Shown: positions 40,664 through 56,442, counted from the stretch's first letter. The stretch is DNA of 64,000 nt from Eledone cirrhosa (GCA_964016885.1 OZ024745.1:72602001-72666000); one strand, 5' to 3'. Made by a program: numbers and translations. The notes: a model not told the origin generated them from the sequence alone.

Positions 40664-41578
40664 TCTATTTAATTAGAATATGCATTAAAATATAAAATGA
40701 GATGTTATTAAATGTTCAATAAATAATTACTATACTTTAAGGTAAGTAAACATCATTTATGTAGAATATTAATGTTATTTCTATAAAACTCACAATCCAA
40801 GAGATATAAATATGATAAATCTATCTGAATTTGATAACAAATTCTAAAATGTAAAAATTATACTTAAATTGGAATATACAATCAAATTATTGGCACACAA
40901 CAAAGGTGTATTTCTCACAACCATACAATAAGCTCTAATGTTAGTCCCACATTGTGCAAAGACTGTGTGAGTTTTCTTCATTAAAACTGCGATCATTTTA
41001 TACATTCCTTTATGTGTATTCCAACCAAACATTAATCTCTATATCAAGAAATTGTTTCACCGACTGAAATCAAAAGCTTCCTAATCCAGTTCGAAGTTTA
41101 ATGTCTTCTGTGTGTGTGTGGTGGTGGTGGTGGTGGTGGTGGTGGTGTGGAGGGGCGGGGTTCTGCTTTATGTTAAGTTTTTTTGTTTTTTTACTTTCGA
41201 AGGGGAGAAGGAAATAATTAAAACACTCTACGCCATTTCACAGATGAGATTGAATATTTCACAGCACCAAACAAACAAATATTCTTATATTACCACATGC
41301 CAATTAACCAGTAATACTGTAATTATCTCTACCCTAATTGCTACTAGCTGTAACTATAATATGCATTACGGTCTAAAGAATACGCTAATTAGTTTGCAAT
41401 TAACAAAAATGTTATGCAGATATTACGAAATTATTCACACGAACATATATCTACACCGACTATATATATGCTAACCATTGATGGGTGCGAAAATGAGTAC
41501 TCAAAGCTATGGTAGAGATTAATATTTTCTTTATTAAGGTCACATTTGAGTTTGTTACTCCAGTGTTTCCACAGTGTA

Positions 41579-41694
41579 CTCTCTATCTCTCTATCTCTTT
41601 CTCTATCTCTCTTTCTATCTCTCTCTCTCTGTGTCTCTCTTTATATCTCTCTTTCTATCTCTCTCTCTATCCCAATCTCTATCTCTCTCTCTCT

Positions 41695-41738
<44 letters not shown>
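41579..41738. repeat. (CT)n-rich microsatellite
   Basis: Directly visible. Confidence 0.95.
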
Positions 41739-41745
<7 letters not shown>

Positions 41746-42806
41746 TCTACACACACAAACGGAAGAAACAAAACTAATACTTTGGAAGAGTAATGAATAA
41801 TACATGATGGAATTCTTTGTTTTCCTTCCTCTTCTCTTGTCTATGAACATCCACGCTGGCTACCAAATATATTTCTAAGTGATTCAGTATTTCACAGACG
41901 CGTGCACTCTTCCCATCGCTCTCAGATAAACTCAGCGTGATACAATATGTGAGAAGGCTGGCCCATTTAATTACAGGTGCAATCGATCTGACGGGCTTCC
42001 GTGTAGTCTCGATCTACCCGATTCCACTCAAAAGACTTAAGGCAACACGAGGCTATAATAAAGATAATAGTCCAAGATGTCACCCAGTGAGATTGAGCCC
42101 AGTAGCTCATAATGTCGAAGTATGTTACTCAAACACAGGGCTGTGCCTGCTATGTGAATGCATACAAATATGTTGAAGTCTATTTGACAATGAAATAAAA
42201 TATTCTTACAATGTTACTATATATAATCAAGTTAATATAAAGAATGATGTGCTCATGCGCGATGATGCTATGAAATAGCTTAGAAAATAGGGTAAAGACA
42301 GAAAAAGAAGTTGATATCGGCCGCTATGTGTTCACTATTCTTATATTAACTTTATCACCTCAGCGCTTCGTAAAAGTTCAAGAAATCGGCTACATATATA
42401 GTATATGTTTTAGGAATGATTTTCTATTAAATTACAACTACCTACTTATTAACTTAGTATCTGTTATTCATTGTTTAACTTTAAAGAATGTCATGATAGT
42501 GAAGGATAATGAATGATAGAAAAAGAAAGAAGAAAAGAAAAGGAGAGAAAATAGCCAGTGATATCCACTGCATCAGTCATTCCACTTCCCGAAGTTCATT
42601 CCTCTGTTCACATCTGAGTGACCTGTGACGTTTACGGCGATAGCACTGCACTATTAAGAGTCAACTAGAGGCAATCTTCACTCTTTCTGGTGAACCAGGA
42701 ATATTAAAATATATGATTTTGTTTTTAATATATGTCTTCCTCTTTATTTTCAGGATCCGGAAATTTTGGATTACGTGGTTTCTATATTACTATACATACA
42801 TACATG

Positions 42807-43411
42807 GTGGCTGCCAACTCGTTTTCGAGTACGGCCACTACTTTATATCCATGTAGGAGAACCCCCACCGATGCGCTGAACGAGTGTGACTTTTTAGTCC
42901 AGCCAGCGACTTGAAAACTCTGGTACAAACACTACACTGGTGACAATTATTGACACATAGTGCTGGGCCCATGGTACCAGGTGACGACAAGAGCAGAGAG
43001 ATCTGCAGATATAAAGCAATGCCTGTGCCGTTAAGCTTTTATAGTGAGCAAACGCACTGCACAAAGCCAGTCCCACTCTCTTAACCAAGATGATATTTAC
43101 CAAAAAGAAGAACAAGTCAACATCATTGGATACTATCAGGGTTGCAGATGTTATATCAGAGTTTTCCTTCTCCTAGAATTCTGCCTTGACAAAGGCTAAT
43201 GGGTCATCTCTCCCGGTGATTTTGGATGGCCATTGACTCTTAAGAACTCCTTTGCCCTTTGACAGGTTTTGTTTTTAGTCCTGCAGGATGTCCAAAGTCA
43301 CACTCCTCACCAAGAAACCTTGGTGGGGTTGCCAGTTTAGTCGCCAACGACTCGACCATGAGACAGGTTGTACTGGGATACATGTTACCAGTAGCACCAA
43401 CTGGTGACCTG
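42807..43411 (-). mobile_element. non-autonomous RTE-related element, copy 2
   Basis: Inverted copy of 15877-16480, flanked by (CATA)n on both sides. Confidence 0.85.
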
Positions 43412-44056
43412 ACATACATACATACATACATACATACATACATACATACATACATACATACATACATACATACATACATACATACATACGTAGTACAACT
43501 ATGAAAGATTGTTTTCGCGTTACTACCCTCTCGTTGAGGCATGGTGTGATAGCTAGAACGATCTGGAATGCATTACGGAAGACGAAAGTTAAATCAAATA
43601 GGGATGAGTATGTCGAGACTGATGGCTCAAAGGAATACTGGTGGAACCTAAAAATAAAAATCTCCACCAAATTGCAGCGTAACCGGCTTGAAATTGTTGT
43701 ATGGGGCCACACTTTAATAACATGTTCTATAGTCTGTAGTAGAAGTTAGCTGCTCACTTGATGTCATTGTAGTAAGAAAAGGCAAGAGAGGAAGGATAAC
43801 TACGGACCATTGATGGAGAGTTTGTAAATCTTGTCTCGAAGATACACGTTTAACATCATACATTTTATTATTGGAGCTACAAGTTATTTACCAAACCGCC
43901 TGAATGAAAATATGACCGAAATTGGATTTTCATAGAAGGAACGCAGCTCCTTATTCATAAGCTTCAAATGGCTTATGAGTAACAGAAACACACACACAGT
44001 GGACCATATTCCACTGTAGTTTCATCTGCGCACCCGCATGTTCATCATACAAGGGG

Positions 44057-44105
44057 CTTATCTGATAATGTTGCGATTGCGCAGATGATACTCCGGAGTA
44101 ATAAG
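44057..44105 (+). ncRNA. degenerate type I hammerhead
   Basis: CTTAT-CTGATAA-tg TTGCG attg CGCAG at-GATA-CTCCGGAG-TA-ATAAG. 5-bp helix I, palindromic helix III and two core substitutions. Confidence 0.55.
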
Positions 44106-44139
44106 GCACACTGATTAGCCATAATAAATGAATATATAG

Positions 44140-44413
44140 AAACGGAGAATCAGTGTTGCAACGAATAAAATTTATTAGACATATTACAATCGTTTTTCTG
44201 GCGACCAGCTCGAGGCACGATCGATGTAATGATCGAACCTGACTCTGAAATCGCAAGATCCCCAGATACGTCTCGATTCTACGAAGCAGAGTTTCCAAAA
44301 ACCTTTGGAAATTCTGATTCGTAGAATCGAGATCGTGCCTCGAGCTGGTCGCCAGAGAAACGATTGTATTATGTCTAATAAATGTTATTCGACGCAACAC
44401 TGATTCTCCGTTT
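44140..44413. repeat. nested inverted repeats
   Basis: Outer arms 44140-44222 and 44331-44413, inner palindrome 44271-44332. Confidence 0.9.
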
Positions 44414-44416
44414 ATG

Positions 44417-44524
<108 letters not shown>

Positions 44525-44694
44525 AGAATAAGAAAATGCGAAGTAGTTTCAAATCTGGAACTACTTCGCATTTTCATATTCTTATGTCGATAAACTAGGC
44601 AGGGCTCTTGAATTGAATTGTATCAATCTTTACCGCGTAAGTATATATGTATATGGAAAAAATGAAATTTCATTTCTCACTCTTAGTACGGCTG

Positions 44695-44784
44695 ATACTT
44701 AAATGAAAGTCTGTATACGTACATACATATATGTCTACAGACGTACAGTAGTATGTATGTATATATATACAATTGAAAGAAGGT

Positions 44785-44826
<42 letters not shown>

Positions 44827-44918
44827 ACCTTCTTTCAATTGTATATATATATACATACATACATACTACTATACGTCTGTATACATATATGTATGTACGT
44901 ATACATACTTATATTTAA

Positions 44919-44922
<4 letters not shown>
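44695..44922. repeat. long palindrome centred on (TA)n
   Basis: CAATTGAAAGAAGGTATTG (TA)n CAATACCTTCTTTCAATTG, with diverged arms extending about 75 bp further on each side. Confidence 0.88.
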
Positions 44923-44957
<35 letters not shown>

Positions 44958-45157
44958 CAATATCTTCTTATAATTGTATTGAAACTTTCCCATACTTTTA
45001 TTTGTACTTTTTTGCAGGTATTGTTTTTTTATTTTATTTTTGGCTTTTTTTTTTCTCATAAAACAATGAACAAGGAAAGAGCTTCTTAACAATTCCTCTG
45101 GCAGAATATTCTTACTATTATTAATATTAATAATAATCTTTTATTCTCTTTTTCTAG

Positions 45158-45279
45158 TTTGCCGGGACAAGTCTCGCTACTGCTCATTGGTGACCTACAT
45201 GAAGATGTGCCGTTATCCTCAGTTCAGAATAGAATGTTGCCGCTCATGTAGCAATCACGTTTACCGGAGGTATCGTTGA
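45158..45279 (+). CDS. ADAMTS-like terminal coding exon, PLAC domain (not in ORF track)
   Basis: TTCTCTTTTTCTAG acceptor. Phase 1 start fits the previous exon (G+TT=Val). Reads CRDKSRYCSLVTYMKMCRYPQFRIECCRSCSNHVYRRYR*, the six-Cys PLAC pattern, with TGA at 45277-45279. Confidence 0.92.
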
Positions 45280-45309
45280 CACCACACTTCGACGTTGTCA
45301 CACACACAT

Positions 45310-45343
<34 letters not shown>

Positions 45344-45603
45344 GCACACGCACACCCACGCACCCACACATACACACAAACTTTGTGAAGTAAAAGAAAA
45401 GAGAAAAGAAGAAACGAAACAACAAAATCGACATGAAAATCCAGAAAAAAATCGAGCGAAACCGAACAGCAAATAACGGCGTCGACAATAATAATAACAG
45501 AGAAGAACGGATGTGACAGTCAGAAGAGACGAAGACGAAATCAAGCCATTTTATAAAAGTAAACTCCAAATAAGACAGGTTATATGAAAATGGAAATTAT
45601 CAA

Positions 45604-45635
<32 letters not shown>

Positions 45636-47009
45636 GTGTGTGTGTATATATATATTTCTAAATCAAAATAAACAATTGAATTTTATGAGAACACCCACCA
45701 AGAAACCCACCTCCGGCGAAACTTCGAATAACTATCAGACCTTTACAATATACATACATACATACATGCATGCATGCATGCATACATACATACATACATA
45801 CATACATACATACATACATACATACATACATACATACATACATACATACATACATACATACATACATACATACATAATATCCTATTTCACAGAAACCTAA
45901 TTGAATGCAAGTTCAATAATAAATTAGATGACTGTGTTGAAGGAAGGTTTCCTATAGGATAAGTCTAAAACTATCATTACAATCATCAGCATCAGTATCA
46001 TTGAAATAATTGCGCTTATTGTAATTATTTTCATCATCAACATTATGGTTAAAAACATCATCATTATTTCTGTTCATCATATTCATTGATATCCTCTATC
46101 ATCATTACTAAAGTCTTCCTCCTCACCATCATTGTGCCGTCCACATGTAAGAAAGATTCAGCGAAAGAAAGAGAGCGAGTGATAAAGAGGAGAAGGTAAG
46201 GGAGTGTGATAAAGAGGGAAACACGATAAGCCACTACGAATGTACGAGGCTAAAAACACTGAATTCGTTCTTTGCTAGAGATGCCAATTCTACATGCATT
46301 GTTAGAAAACTACTCATCGTCAGTACAATATCTAGGTAAGACCCAATACGTAAAAATTCGTTGTCAATTTAACATCATACCATTAACTCTAGTGAACATT
46401 ACTATAAATTGTCAGAATGTTCAACCAACTATCAACATTACCTCGCTGAATAAAATCAAATAATTACAATGAGATATACATGTAATCGAAAGCTTTTCCA
46501 GTTCTTTAAACGCTTCTCATCATTGGATCGTTCAGTTTCAAAAGCAGAGCCGTTAAACTCATTTCAGTTTGATATATACTCAACAAATAGGTTATCTAAC
46601 AGCCACTACGCCATGTTGAAGATGTTGGGTATAATGAGGTATGAGTAAGACATACATTCCCAATAATAACATTTCAAACCGCCTCATTTATTTCACTATG
46701 AGGATATATCATACATCACTGCATCTGTGTCATTCTCACCAACTGTATGTCGAACATATACAATAAGTCAGAATTAATGTATTAAGTACAGAGTAAATAT
46801 ATGTATTAATCTATTTCAACATGATCATCAGCGAAATATAGACTGTACTAAGACCTCAACAGCACTAGCTAGCAAGAGCATCGTTGAAGAACTTTCAAGA
46901 AAAGTAAAATGATATATAGGTACTAAAGAAACATTAGAAATTAATCAGTGACAACAATGCTATAAAGTAATAACAATTGCAATTTCAATCTATACGGAAA
47001 CCAACATTT

Positions 47010-47040
<31 letters not shown>

Positions 47041-47112
47041 TAATAATAATAATCCCTAGGTGTCAGGAAGACACTCGGCATATATCTCAGAAACAATAAT
47101 GAAAGAAAATAA

Positions 47113-47149
<37 letters not shown>

Positions 47150-48224
47150 GCCTATCAGACAAAAAAACATAGCAATTAAACTCAACAAATGTTCTACAAT
47201 ACACAGGAGTGTAGTGAGAGTTAGAACATTTGCAGACCAACTGTTATAGCAATCTCGTCAATTGCTGTAAGAAGGGCAATCAGAATTGTCACTCTTAAAA
47301 CATCTAAGTATATTATAGCGTACACCTTCCGAACACACAACCATTAGAACCTGTTTTCATAAAGGAAATATTAGGTTATATATAACATTTGCTGTTTTCT
47401 GTACTGTTTTGCATTATTTTGTTGATTTTGTTTTTCTTTATGTCATGAATCTAATTTTGATAATACATTTCAATATTTCAACTAATTTTAAGGGCATGAG
47501 ACAACACGTGATTGATATGGGGTGCAGGAGAATAATAACTTATAAATGAAAGAACAAAAGAATCTTAACGAACAAATGAATTTTAACGAACAAAAAAAGT
47601 GATTAGTTCAGAAAAATTATTTCATTTGCCTACCGAACATACACAAATACTTCTGATCTGTTCTTGAAGAGATATCAACTAATTCAGTTCACACTAATGA
47701 ATTCAAGGAAACAGAACTAAAATACAAAATAATTGACTCCGTTAAAGCTGTCGACATTAGTTGTTGAACCTTATAACGCATGTTTTCGTGGAACTCGTCA
47801 AATTATCCCTTTCTTCTTTTTGAATATATTTCGCCCTTGAGACAGAACACATGTAATTTTAGAACGCTCACGGTGTTTATTTATTAATAATGTTTTGCTC
47901 TTCATGTCTTCTTTGATTGTCTAATCCGAAGGATCGCAACAGATAAGCGATCTAGCTAAAAGATATTTACATGTATAAATGGTGGTAATGCCAATGGTGT
48001 TATAAACCACAGCTGTATTGAAGAAGCTTATTTTATTGAACTGCATAAAACACAGATCCCCATTTTATGCATGGTAAGATGTCTTTATAAAATTTTATTT
48101 CCCTCAGTATAATTGTTTCTTATATACAATGAATTTCGTTTAAATATAGCAAAAGAAAATATATTTTGAAGCGGAAGGTATGCAGAAAGACAAGAAATGT
48201 GTATACATATATTTACATACATAC

Positions 48225-48255
<31 letters not shown>

Positions 48256-48349
48256 TGTATGTATGTATGTATGTATGTGTGCATGTATGTATGTGTGCAT
48301 AGGTCTATATAAGATATTTATACAAATCCATATATATATATGTGTAATC

Positions 48350-48404
<55 letters not shown>

Positions 48405-48609
48405 CGAAAGATAGAGCGTCGGAGAAAGAGAAAGTTGTAAAATACTAATTAATATATGCACCCATTTATACATATATATCCGTCTGTGTGTGTGTGTGTG
48501 TGTATGTGTGTGTATTACATAAGTATATGTGAATACATATGTTATATATGTATATATATATGTGTGTGTTACATAAATATCTATGAATATATATGTTATA
48601 TATGTATAT

Positions 48610-48659
<50 letters not shown>

Positions 48660-49986
48660 AACAATTATATTATATTATATATATATATAAACATATGTAT
48701 ATATATAGTTGTCCTTCCGCCTGACAAGAGAGGCCGGTTTTAGAACTGCTATTCCACTATGCATTGGTAGTCAAAAATGGACGCATACATGTTAAATTTT
48801 GAACTTTAATACCAACTATATATATATATATATATATATCACAAACACACACAAATACACGTATAATTACGTAGGTAAGTATGTATATATGCATGTATAT
48901 ATGCATGTATATATAACTATATACACGTATGCAAAACGAGTGGGTAAAAGAGAGATAGAGATGTAAGATATATATTTGTAGTGTCCGTGGAAAAATCTTA
49001 TAGATTGTCTCTCTCTTAACAGAATAAGAGAGTAATCTGAGAAATTCAATGTTTACCATATTACCTTTTTCCCATATGGAGAATAATAATTCATAACAAA
49101 CAAACTTAAAGAGAACTAAATTGGTCTCACAATCTACACAATAGTGCAATCGTTGGTAATAATAGAATACACCAGTTTCTATCTTTCGTCGGTGAATCGA
49201 CATAGTAGTTAGATTTTCGGATTAAAGACCGTATTTAATCCGGCTTTCTACGTTTTGACTTCAAATCTCGACGAGATTAACTTTATCTTTCATCCTTTGT
49301 CAATAAACCAAGTATCAATTCAGGTGCAGTAGTTTGGTAGAATTGATAAAATATCGGTAATTGTTCTGTATCTTTGAGGTTCTGGATACAAATTCAGCCT
49401 CCTGAACTGGGAAAGCGGCTTCCCTTCTGCCAGAAGTTAGGATTTTTTCAGCAATACTGAAAACAACAGCAATAGAGTTTGCTGGGTTCAATCAGTTAAG
49501 AACGAGTTTAAAACGTGTGTTTACAAATAGCAGATGCACAAACGTTTTACCTACGCTTCATTTTACTCTACATATGATCAGTGCTGCTATTGATTAAATT
49601 TCGTTGACAATCCATACAGTGATAGGGAAATAAAGCAAACTAATATATTCCTGTTCGTGTTTTTATGTGCTATCAATATCTGTGAGCTAATATTATAACT
49701 GTGGATAGAAAGCGAATACGGGATCTGATATGAAACGTTAAAATACGTTGAAGGTAGTAATATCAATCCTTTGTTCTGTCTACAAGAGACAAACGCATTG
49801 TGTAAACTTTTCACAGTGAGGCAATGTGTGAGTCTATAATAAAATACGCATAGTTATTTACCTTACATCTCTATTGACCCCAGCGTTTTATAATACATAT
49901 AGCTATATATATGAATATGGTTATATATATATATATATATATATATAATCATGCTCACACACACACACACATATATATATATATGC

Positions 49987-50024
<38 letters not shown>

Positions 50025-53000
50025 TGGCCATTTGATGGTTAAAAGGAAGAAATATTCTGTGATTTTCTTATAGCTTTTTTATTTCCTAGATCATTATAGG
50101 AATTTTATTATCATTAATCCATGTTGGAGTTGCTACATTAACGTCAAATGTAACATGGTTTATTACCACTACGCGGTGGAAATCCTTTCTGGTGATATTT
50201 TATCTTAGACATACATACATAAATACATACATACGTGCATACAAAAATATATTCATTATATATAGATACATATTATGTATCGTTATGCCTATATTCATGC
50301 ACACATACAAATATTCCGCAATCTTGCAAACACACACAAATACACGTATATATATAATTACGTAGGTAAGTATGTATATATGTATGTATTACATAACTAT
50401 ATACACGTATACATAACATGCGTGTATACATTTTCACGATGAGATTTATACATATGTATGTTTATATGTCTAGTTGCATTTAAATTTTCTTAAATTAATA
50501 ATCATTTGATATTATTATGATGTAAAGAATGAAATATGTAAAATAAATTAACAAAAACCAAACTTTATTTGTACAGCTTGAAGTACTAATTGTACAGTAA
50601 AACTATTTCTTGTGTTTGTATCTTGTTTTTTTTTCGCCTTTTGTCCTCGATATTAATATATTTCCTACATTCCATAATTTGAAAAACGAAAAAATTGTAT
50701 TTATTTTTGAAGTTTTCTGTTATTTTTGAGACGTTATATATTATGCTGCAATTAGTATTGAAAATAAAAAAGAGAGACTTCCAGATTTTCTGTTGGAGGA
50801 AAAAAGAAAAAATGAAGGATGGATTGCAGTATTTTATAGAAAACTCACTGGAAACTACCCAATGGAATGTAGTCGATTGATTTCAGATATTCAATATTCA
50901 CAATGTTCAATGTAAATGAATTGGTAGAAGGACATTTATCAGAAGAATAAATAAATTACACGACTTTAACAATGTTTCGTTCGATTTTATCATAAACATT
51001 TATTATTTTTTGTTGGTGCTCGGTCAATGGAACAGTAAGTTTTATTTGCTATTGATCTTGACATAAACATTTCTCACTAAAATTCTAATGTCTAAAATGT
51101 TCTAAATATTTCAAAAATTCTAATTATATTCATAAATGGAAAGACAGCCTTTTAATTTTGCAAGAAATTTTGATTATTTATACTCGACCATTGTTAAAAT
51201 TAGTAAAGATAAAAAGAAACAATGTTGTAGACTGGCTTTTCTTCCACTTGATATAAATTAACAAAAATTTAACAAATGTGTTATATAACATAACAAAAAC
51301 CTGAAAATAATTAGTTTTCAATCCATTGAAATATTTGTTACGGATTTTTAACTATTTTCTGATAGCGTTAATAATTATTTTTAAAATGGTTGAAGACAGG
51401 ACCTATAGTTAAAATAGATGTAATGTTATACATTTTGTTATACATTTTTCCAGGACTAACTACTAGTAATATTCTAGGGAACAACTGAACCTGTCCTCTT
51501 CGAAAATTGTATCATTGTACTATTGTAAGACATCGGTTAGTTTTAATGAAAAGAAACGATAACACCTAAAGCCTGTTCAGTTCTTACGAGCTCGGGTTGG
51601 GTTTGATTCACATATATTCTTATATTTTAACTAAACTCAAAACCAGTTCAATGAATTAAACTTCAGAAGTCTTCATATTCTTAAACGGCTAAAGAATGAA
51701 TAACAACTTTGATCTTGACTAAATTTGATCTCAGAAACTAGTCAAACAAAATCAATTACTACTATACATGATTTAGTCTAACATTGTACGATTTTAATCA
51801 ACTTAATCGCCCTACGTGAGTACCTATATTAATAATAATGTAGATGGGGGTGTGCGAAGGCTGTTTAAGTACATTACCGAAAGATGATTCTGTAGCTAAT
51901 TCATATCAAATTGAATCATTACAATATATTTCAAATGTTTAAACTGAAAAGCTATTTCCTACAACGCCTTATGCTACTGGAGTTGACCTTATATTGGAAC
52001 TATGCTCCCGACCAATACGCTTAAAATAGATGTATTAACTGTAGTATTTTTACGTATGTGAGTATATAAGCACTTGCAATGATAGACTAATCATGGTGTT
52101 AACATCGTTGTTGAAAATTCGTGAAGCCATAACCCATCTTTGTGAATGAGATTGAAATAAGTTTTAAGCTTCTAGAAATGATTGATTCAAAAGACGTTAT
52201 CACTAGTTAATATTTTTCTTTGAAATCGAGATCATAAAAACATATTAACCGAAAGTGTAAAAAGCTGATTTCTCTAATAATTCAATATATCAATATACAT
52301 ATATTTTAAAATTATCTTTTGAATTAATCTCCATTGTCTACCTGGTTGTTTATGACATGTACGGTTCAGTTAGATCGATAATCAACAGGATACAGTATTG
52401 AGCAAGCATCAGCTTCATGTATCAACAAAACATGCTGTCCTTAACTTCAGATAGGTGCATTATATTTCAATGTGCGAGAGGCCTGTGGTACGTGGAAAGA
52501 CACTCTCATTGGTGTGTGTTTATTTAGAAGTTCATCATTATATAATCAAACAAAATTATAGGGAAAGATAAACTGATATATTTAGTACGCATTTATAGAG
52601 TATGGATCACTAGGAGCCTCGGGGACCTACACGGCAAACGAATGGTCATTAGAAAATTTCCCGATCCATGGAGGATATTTGGAGCATACACTTCGTGGAT
52701 GCCGTCAACGTTCCCATGATGTGTGAAGTGACTTAGTTGCTTTTGAAGAAGGTTGTTATGTGTAGATTTAACGGAGTATGTAGAAAGTCATTAACTTCAC
52801 ACAAGTGAGCCTACCAACTGATCATTAAATTAAAAGGGTGTGGGATATAACCGAGAAACAATGAACTTATTTCCAAAATATTATGAAGCGAATCTATTCT
52901 CATTGTCATAGTAAAGCCAAGACGGTTTGGTAAATTTAGAGATATACATCCGTCTCGCGTTCAATGGCAAATTGTTTTTCCTAGGAAAGGACTCACTTTT

Positions 53001-56000
53001 TAGAAACAATCTCGGATTTTCGCACTTATGGTGTTTTCTTTACAATAATCTTTCAAACCTTCACATGTCGTTTTCTAAAAAAAACAAACAAAAAAAAAAC
53101 GACCATAGTTTTATAAATTCACCAACGATGTTTTGTTAACATAGAAGCCTAGTGTTTCATAATATCACTTAGTAGTCCATTATTATATTGACTATCTAAA
53201 ATACATTGATAAAATAAAGTACCAGTAATGCACTGGGGTAATTGCTGGCCTTGTGCCAATAGTAGAAACAATTATGATACTGTTAGTGGTATGCGTGAAT
53301 AAAAGATATTCTTCTCTTAAAAACACACACACTCCGAATTCACTAAGAAAACCACAGTAGACCCAAACTACAGTTTTGCCCCAAGCCCAAGAATTCTTCA
53401 CGCTGTTGCTTTACTTGCTAGAAACAGCAGTCATAACTCTCGAAAATTATATCCTACTATTTTAACAAAAGGAGGAGCGCATTGAATTATGTAAGCCACT
53501 GCCTGAAAAGAAAAGAGAAAGAGAATCGCGGCTAGAACACCTTTAATCTGAAGTCTATTCAATCAGAGCTAAGTCTTCAAAACATTTTATTTGCCAGTTT
53601 AAAAAATGTTTTTATTGCCCTTAATTAGATGCAATTATTAGAGCAAAAGATAAACTCTCGATTAGTAAATCTGCAATCTAATTTTGATTCCCAATTGTTA
53701 TTTTACTTCATATAAATCACTAGTTCCCCAGGAAAGTTCAATAAATCTCTAAATATCCCATCGCATCAATATATATATTGTAGAGATATTTAGTAAAATG
53801 AAATCAATACTACAATATAGAAGCTGCAAAGGGAGCAGTATGTAATCCCCCCCCCCCTCCACCATGACGAAATCTATTCACGTATAGCATAATTCCTTCT
53901 ATATTTCTGCCATTAAATCCCATCTGAAAGATATGTTTCACAGATTGTCATACCTCTCGGATCGTAAGAAGGTGTAAATATCGAGATATTTTGACCGATG
54001 TTTTATCGAGGGATGCTAAATTGTATTCATATAATACCCCACCGTCTTGAAAAATAAGATGAATTGGTTAAAGTATTCCTAGATAGTCTTAAAGAGACAG
54101 GATAGTCTTGGCTGGAGTACCTTTAATCATAGATTTATTTATTCGGACTGATCAGGTGCCAAACAAAACCCCCTTTCAAACAAACACTGCGATGTGGTAG
54201 CAATTCCTTTTAATCATTTAATGTTATACCACACATCAATATGAATTCCACAGTTCCCGTTTTTCCATATTAAATACTTAAGTATGCACATTTGTATTTC
54301 GTTGGTAAGGAACAAAGCATGAACCAGATGAACGTAACGATCTATCATCATGGCACGAACTAATTTTTTGCACGTGCCTCCCTCAGCTACCAAGCTGTTT
54401 CGTCTCTTTTGAGCGACAAACATTGAACTGTTTTCGAGTCTGTGAAGCGTAGATAATGGTTCGGCTGCTACTGATGCGTCTAAGTCACTGTGATCGTCAG
54501 TAATTCCGAAAAATATAATATTTTAGAGTGGATATTTAAAACATTATGTTCTCTAGTTTTAATGAAATTTTATATTTTAAGAACAACTTGCTGGCTGCTG
54601 ATCTTTTTTAAAGTATCTATGCAACTATTTATATCTTACCGACTTTACTTCCTGTCCTTCTCAACTTGTAATACCTCTAATACATAGTTTTTATCTCAAT
54701 ATTACGTCAGGCAGCAATAACCAATAAGAAATTTTGGAAGTCTATTAAACCTCAAAGATTAAAGTTAAACATATAATCATAGTTTTATTCCATACGGGCA
54801 TCATTTCCTTTCCATCCTTGTTTTTCTTCTTCTTCTTTTTTCTCATGCAAAATCAAAGAGTAATATCTCCCCCAATTTCGTCCTTCATTCGCTCTCTTAA
54901 ACAAACACACTTTATCGCTCATACTCCGATCCCATAAAATCTCAGACGACAGTCTTCCCTCTAAATTCTCCGCTAGGTGAAGTTGTAAATAGATACTGAT
55001 AAGATGCAGCTTACTGATAGAAGTTACACAAACAAAGAAGAATGAGAAGCCTGCAGATCATTTATTAAGTACCCAAGTAATTTTTCAATATTAGTTAATA
55101 CAATCTTTAACTACATTTTGTGTATAATGTTGTTATAACACCTATTTTAGAAACAAATTTTGTCTTTTCTAGTAAACACAAAACCCCATATTTTACCTGG
55201 ATCAGAAAAGCCTTTCTTGCCTATATATTCGTAAACATATATTCTTATTCTAGGGTTGAAAAGTCTCTTATTGACTCAATACTCCATAAGCTATCTAGAA
55301 GTTCACTCTAAGTTGTGTGTGTTGATTATATGACTAGCAAAGAAAAATAGGTAGTCAAGGTTAACAACTGGACTAGGGGAGTGTCCTGTCTAACTTGCAA
55401 TTGGTCAGCGAAGACAAGTAGACCTAAAACCAGCATATAACTTAAAGCTTCATCCAAAAGTGGAGAAAAGAGGTTCTTGGTGAAACAAAATAATGAATGG
55501 GAAAGTTACTTCTATTCCACAATGAACTAGTTACTTTCATGTATATGAATATAATGTTTTAACACCTAAAATATAAAATCATAGCAGTTTCAATATTAAG
55601 GATACTGGGAAATGAATAGTATTTGACCATCCAGTTACTCATTTTCTGTGAATGTAAGAAAGTGAAATAAATTTATGTTTGGAGAGAATAATATTGGATA
55701 AGTATGCAGTTACGAAGAAATTCGCCAAAATCAGAACTTAATATTAATTTAATTAAAATAGAGCAGCAATACCAACCTCACAACTATCAATAATGAATTT
55801 CTCTCTTGAACATCATACCACAAAATCCGTCATGTTAGATACAAAAGATTTATATTTTAAATAGTGTGTGTGTTTACGCGTGTATGTGTGTGTATGTGTG
55901 TGTGCGTGTGTGTGTATGTGTGTGTTTGTGTTTGTGTGAGCGCGCGCGTGTGTGTGTGTGGGAGCATGTGTGTGTATGTGTGTGTGGGGGGGGGGGGGCA

Positions 56001-56377
56001 TGTAGCAGTCTCCAACTAATGTAATACAACCTACTTGAACGTGCAAATATAACCCTCATATTACCTGTCAAACGAAATCTCAATCTATTGTGCGCATTGC
56101 TGACTTTCCCTTCCTTGTAAATTACCAATATGCTGGAAGCACAGAAGTTGAGAAGAATAACGGAAATTAACCATCGTATATCCAAAAGAGTCTGATACAG
56201 CTAAACCTAGATTCTTTTAATACTGATCACATAGTGATTGTTGTATGAGGACGAGGTCATGAAGGCAGTCTAATTTTGTTAGAAATATTGTCAATTAAAT
56301 GAATCTATATTTCAAGGAAGAAACACGTATGTTAAATTTGGAATTCAAATAACTTACATTATTAACTTTCCTGATTG

Positions 56378-56442
<65 letters not shown>

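Noticed and set aside
46795-46840. Minus-strand CTGATGA-N7-GAAA, with a similar case at about 15300-15335
   Set aside because: No helix I or III pairing. Expected by chance in AT-rich DNA.
50972-52510. Signal-peptide-like stretch MFRSILS*TFIIFCWCSVNG with a GTAAGT donor, and Cys-containing pieces after AG sites at about 51453 and 52450
   Set aside because: In-frame stops and no recognisable domain. Cannot be distinguished from chance.
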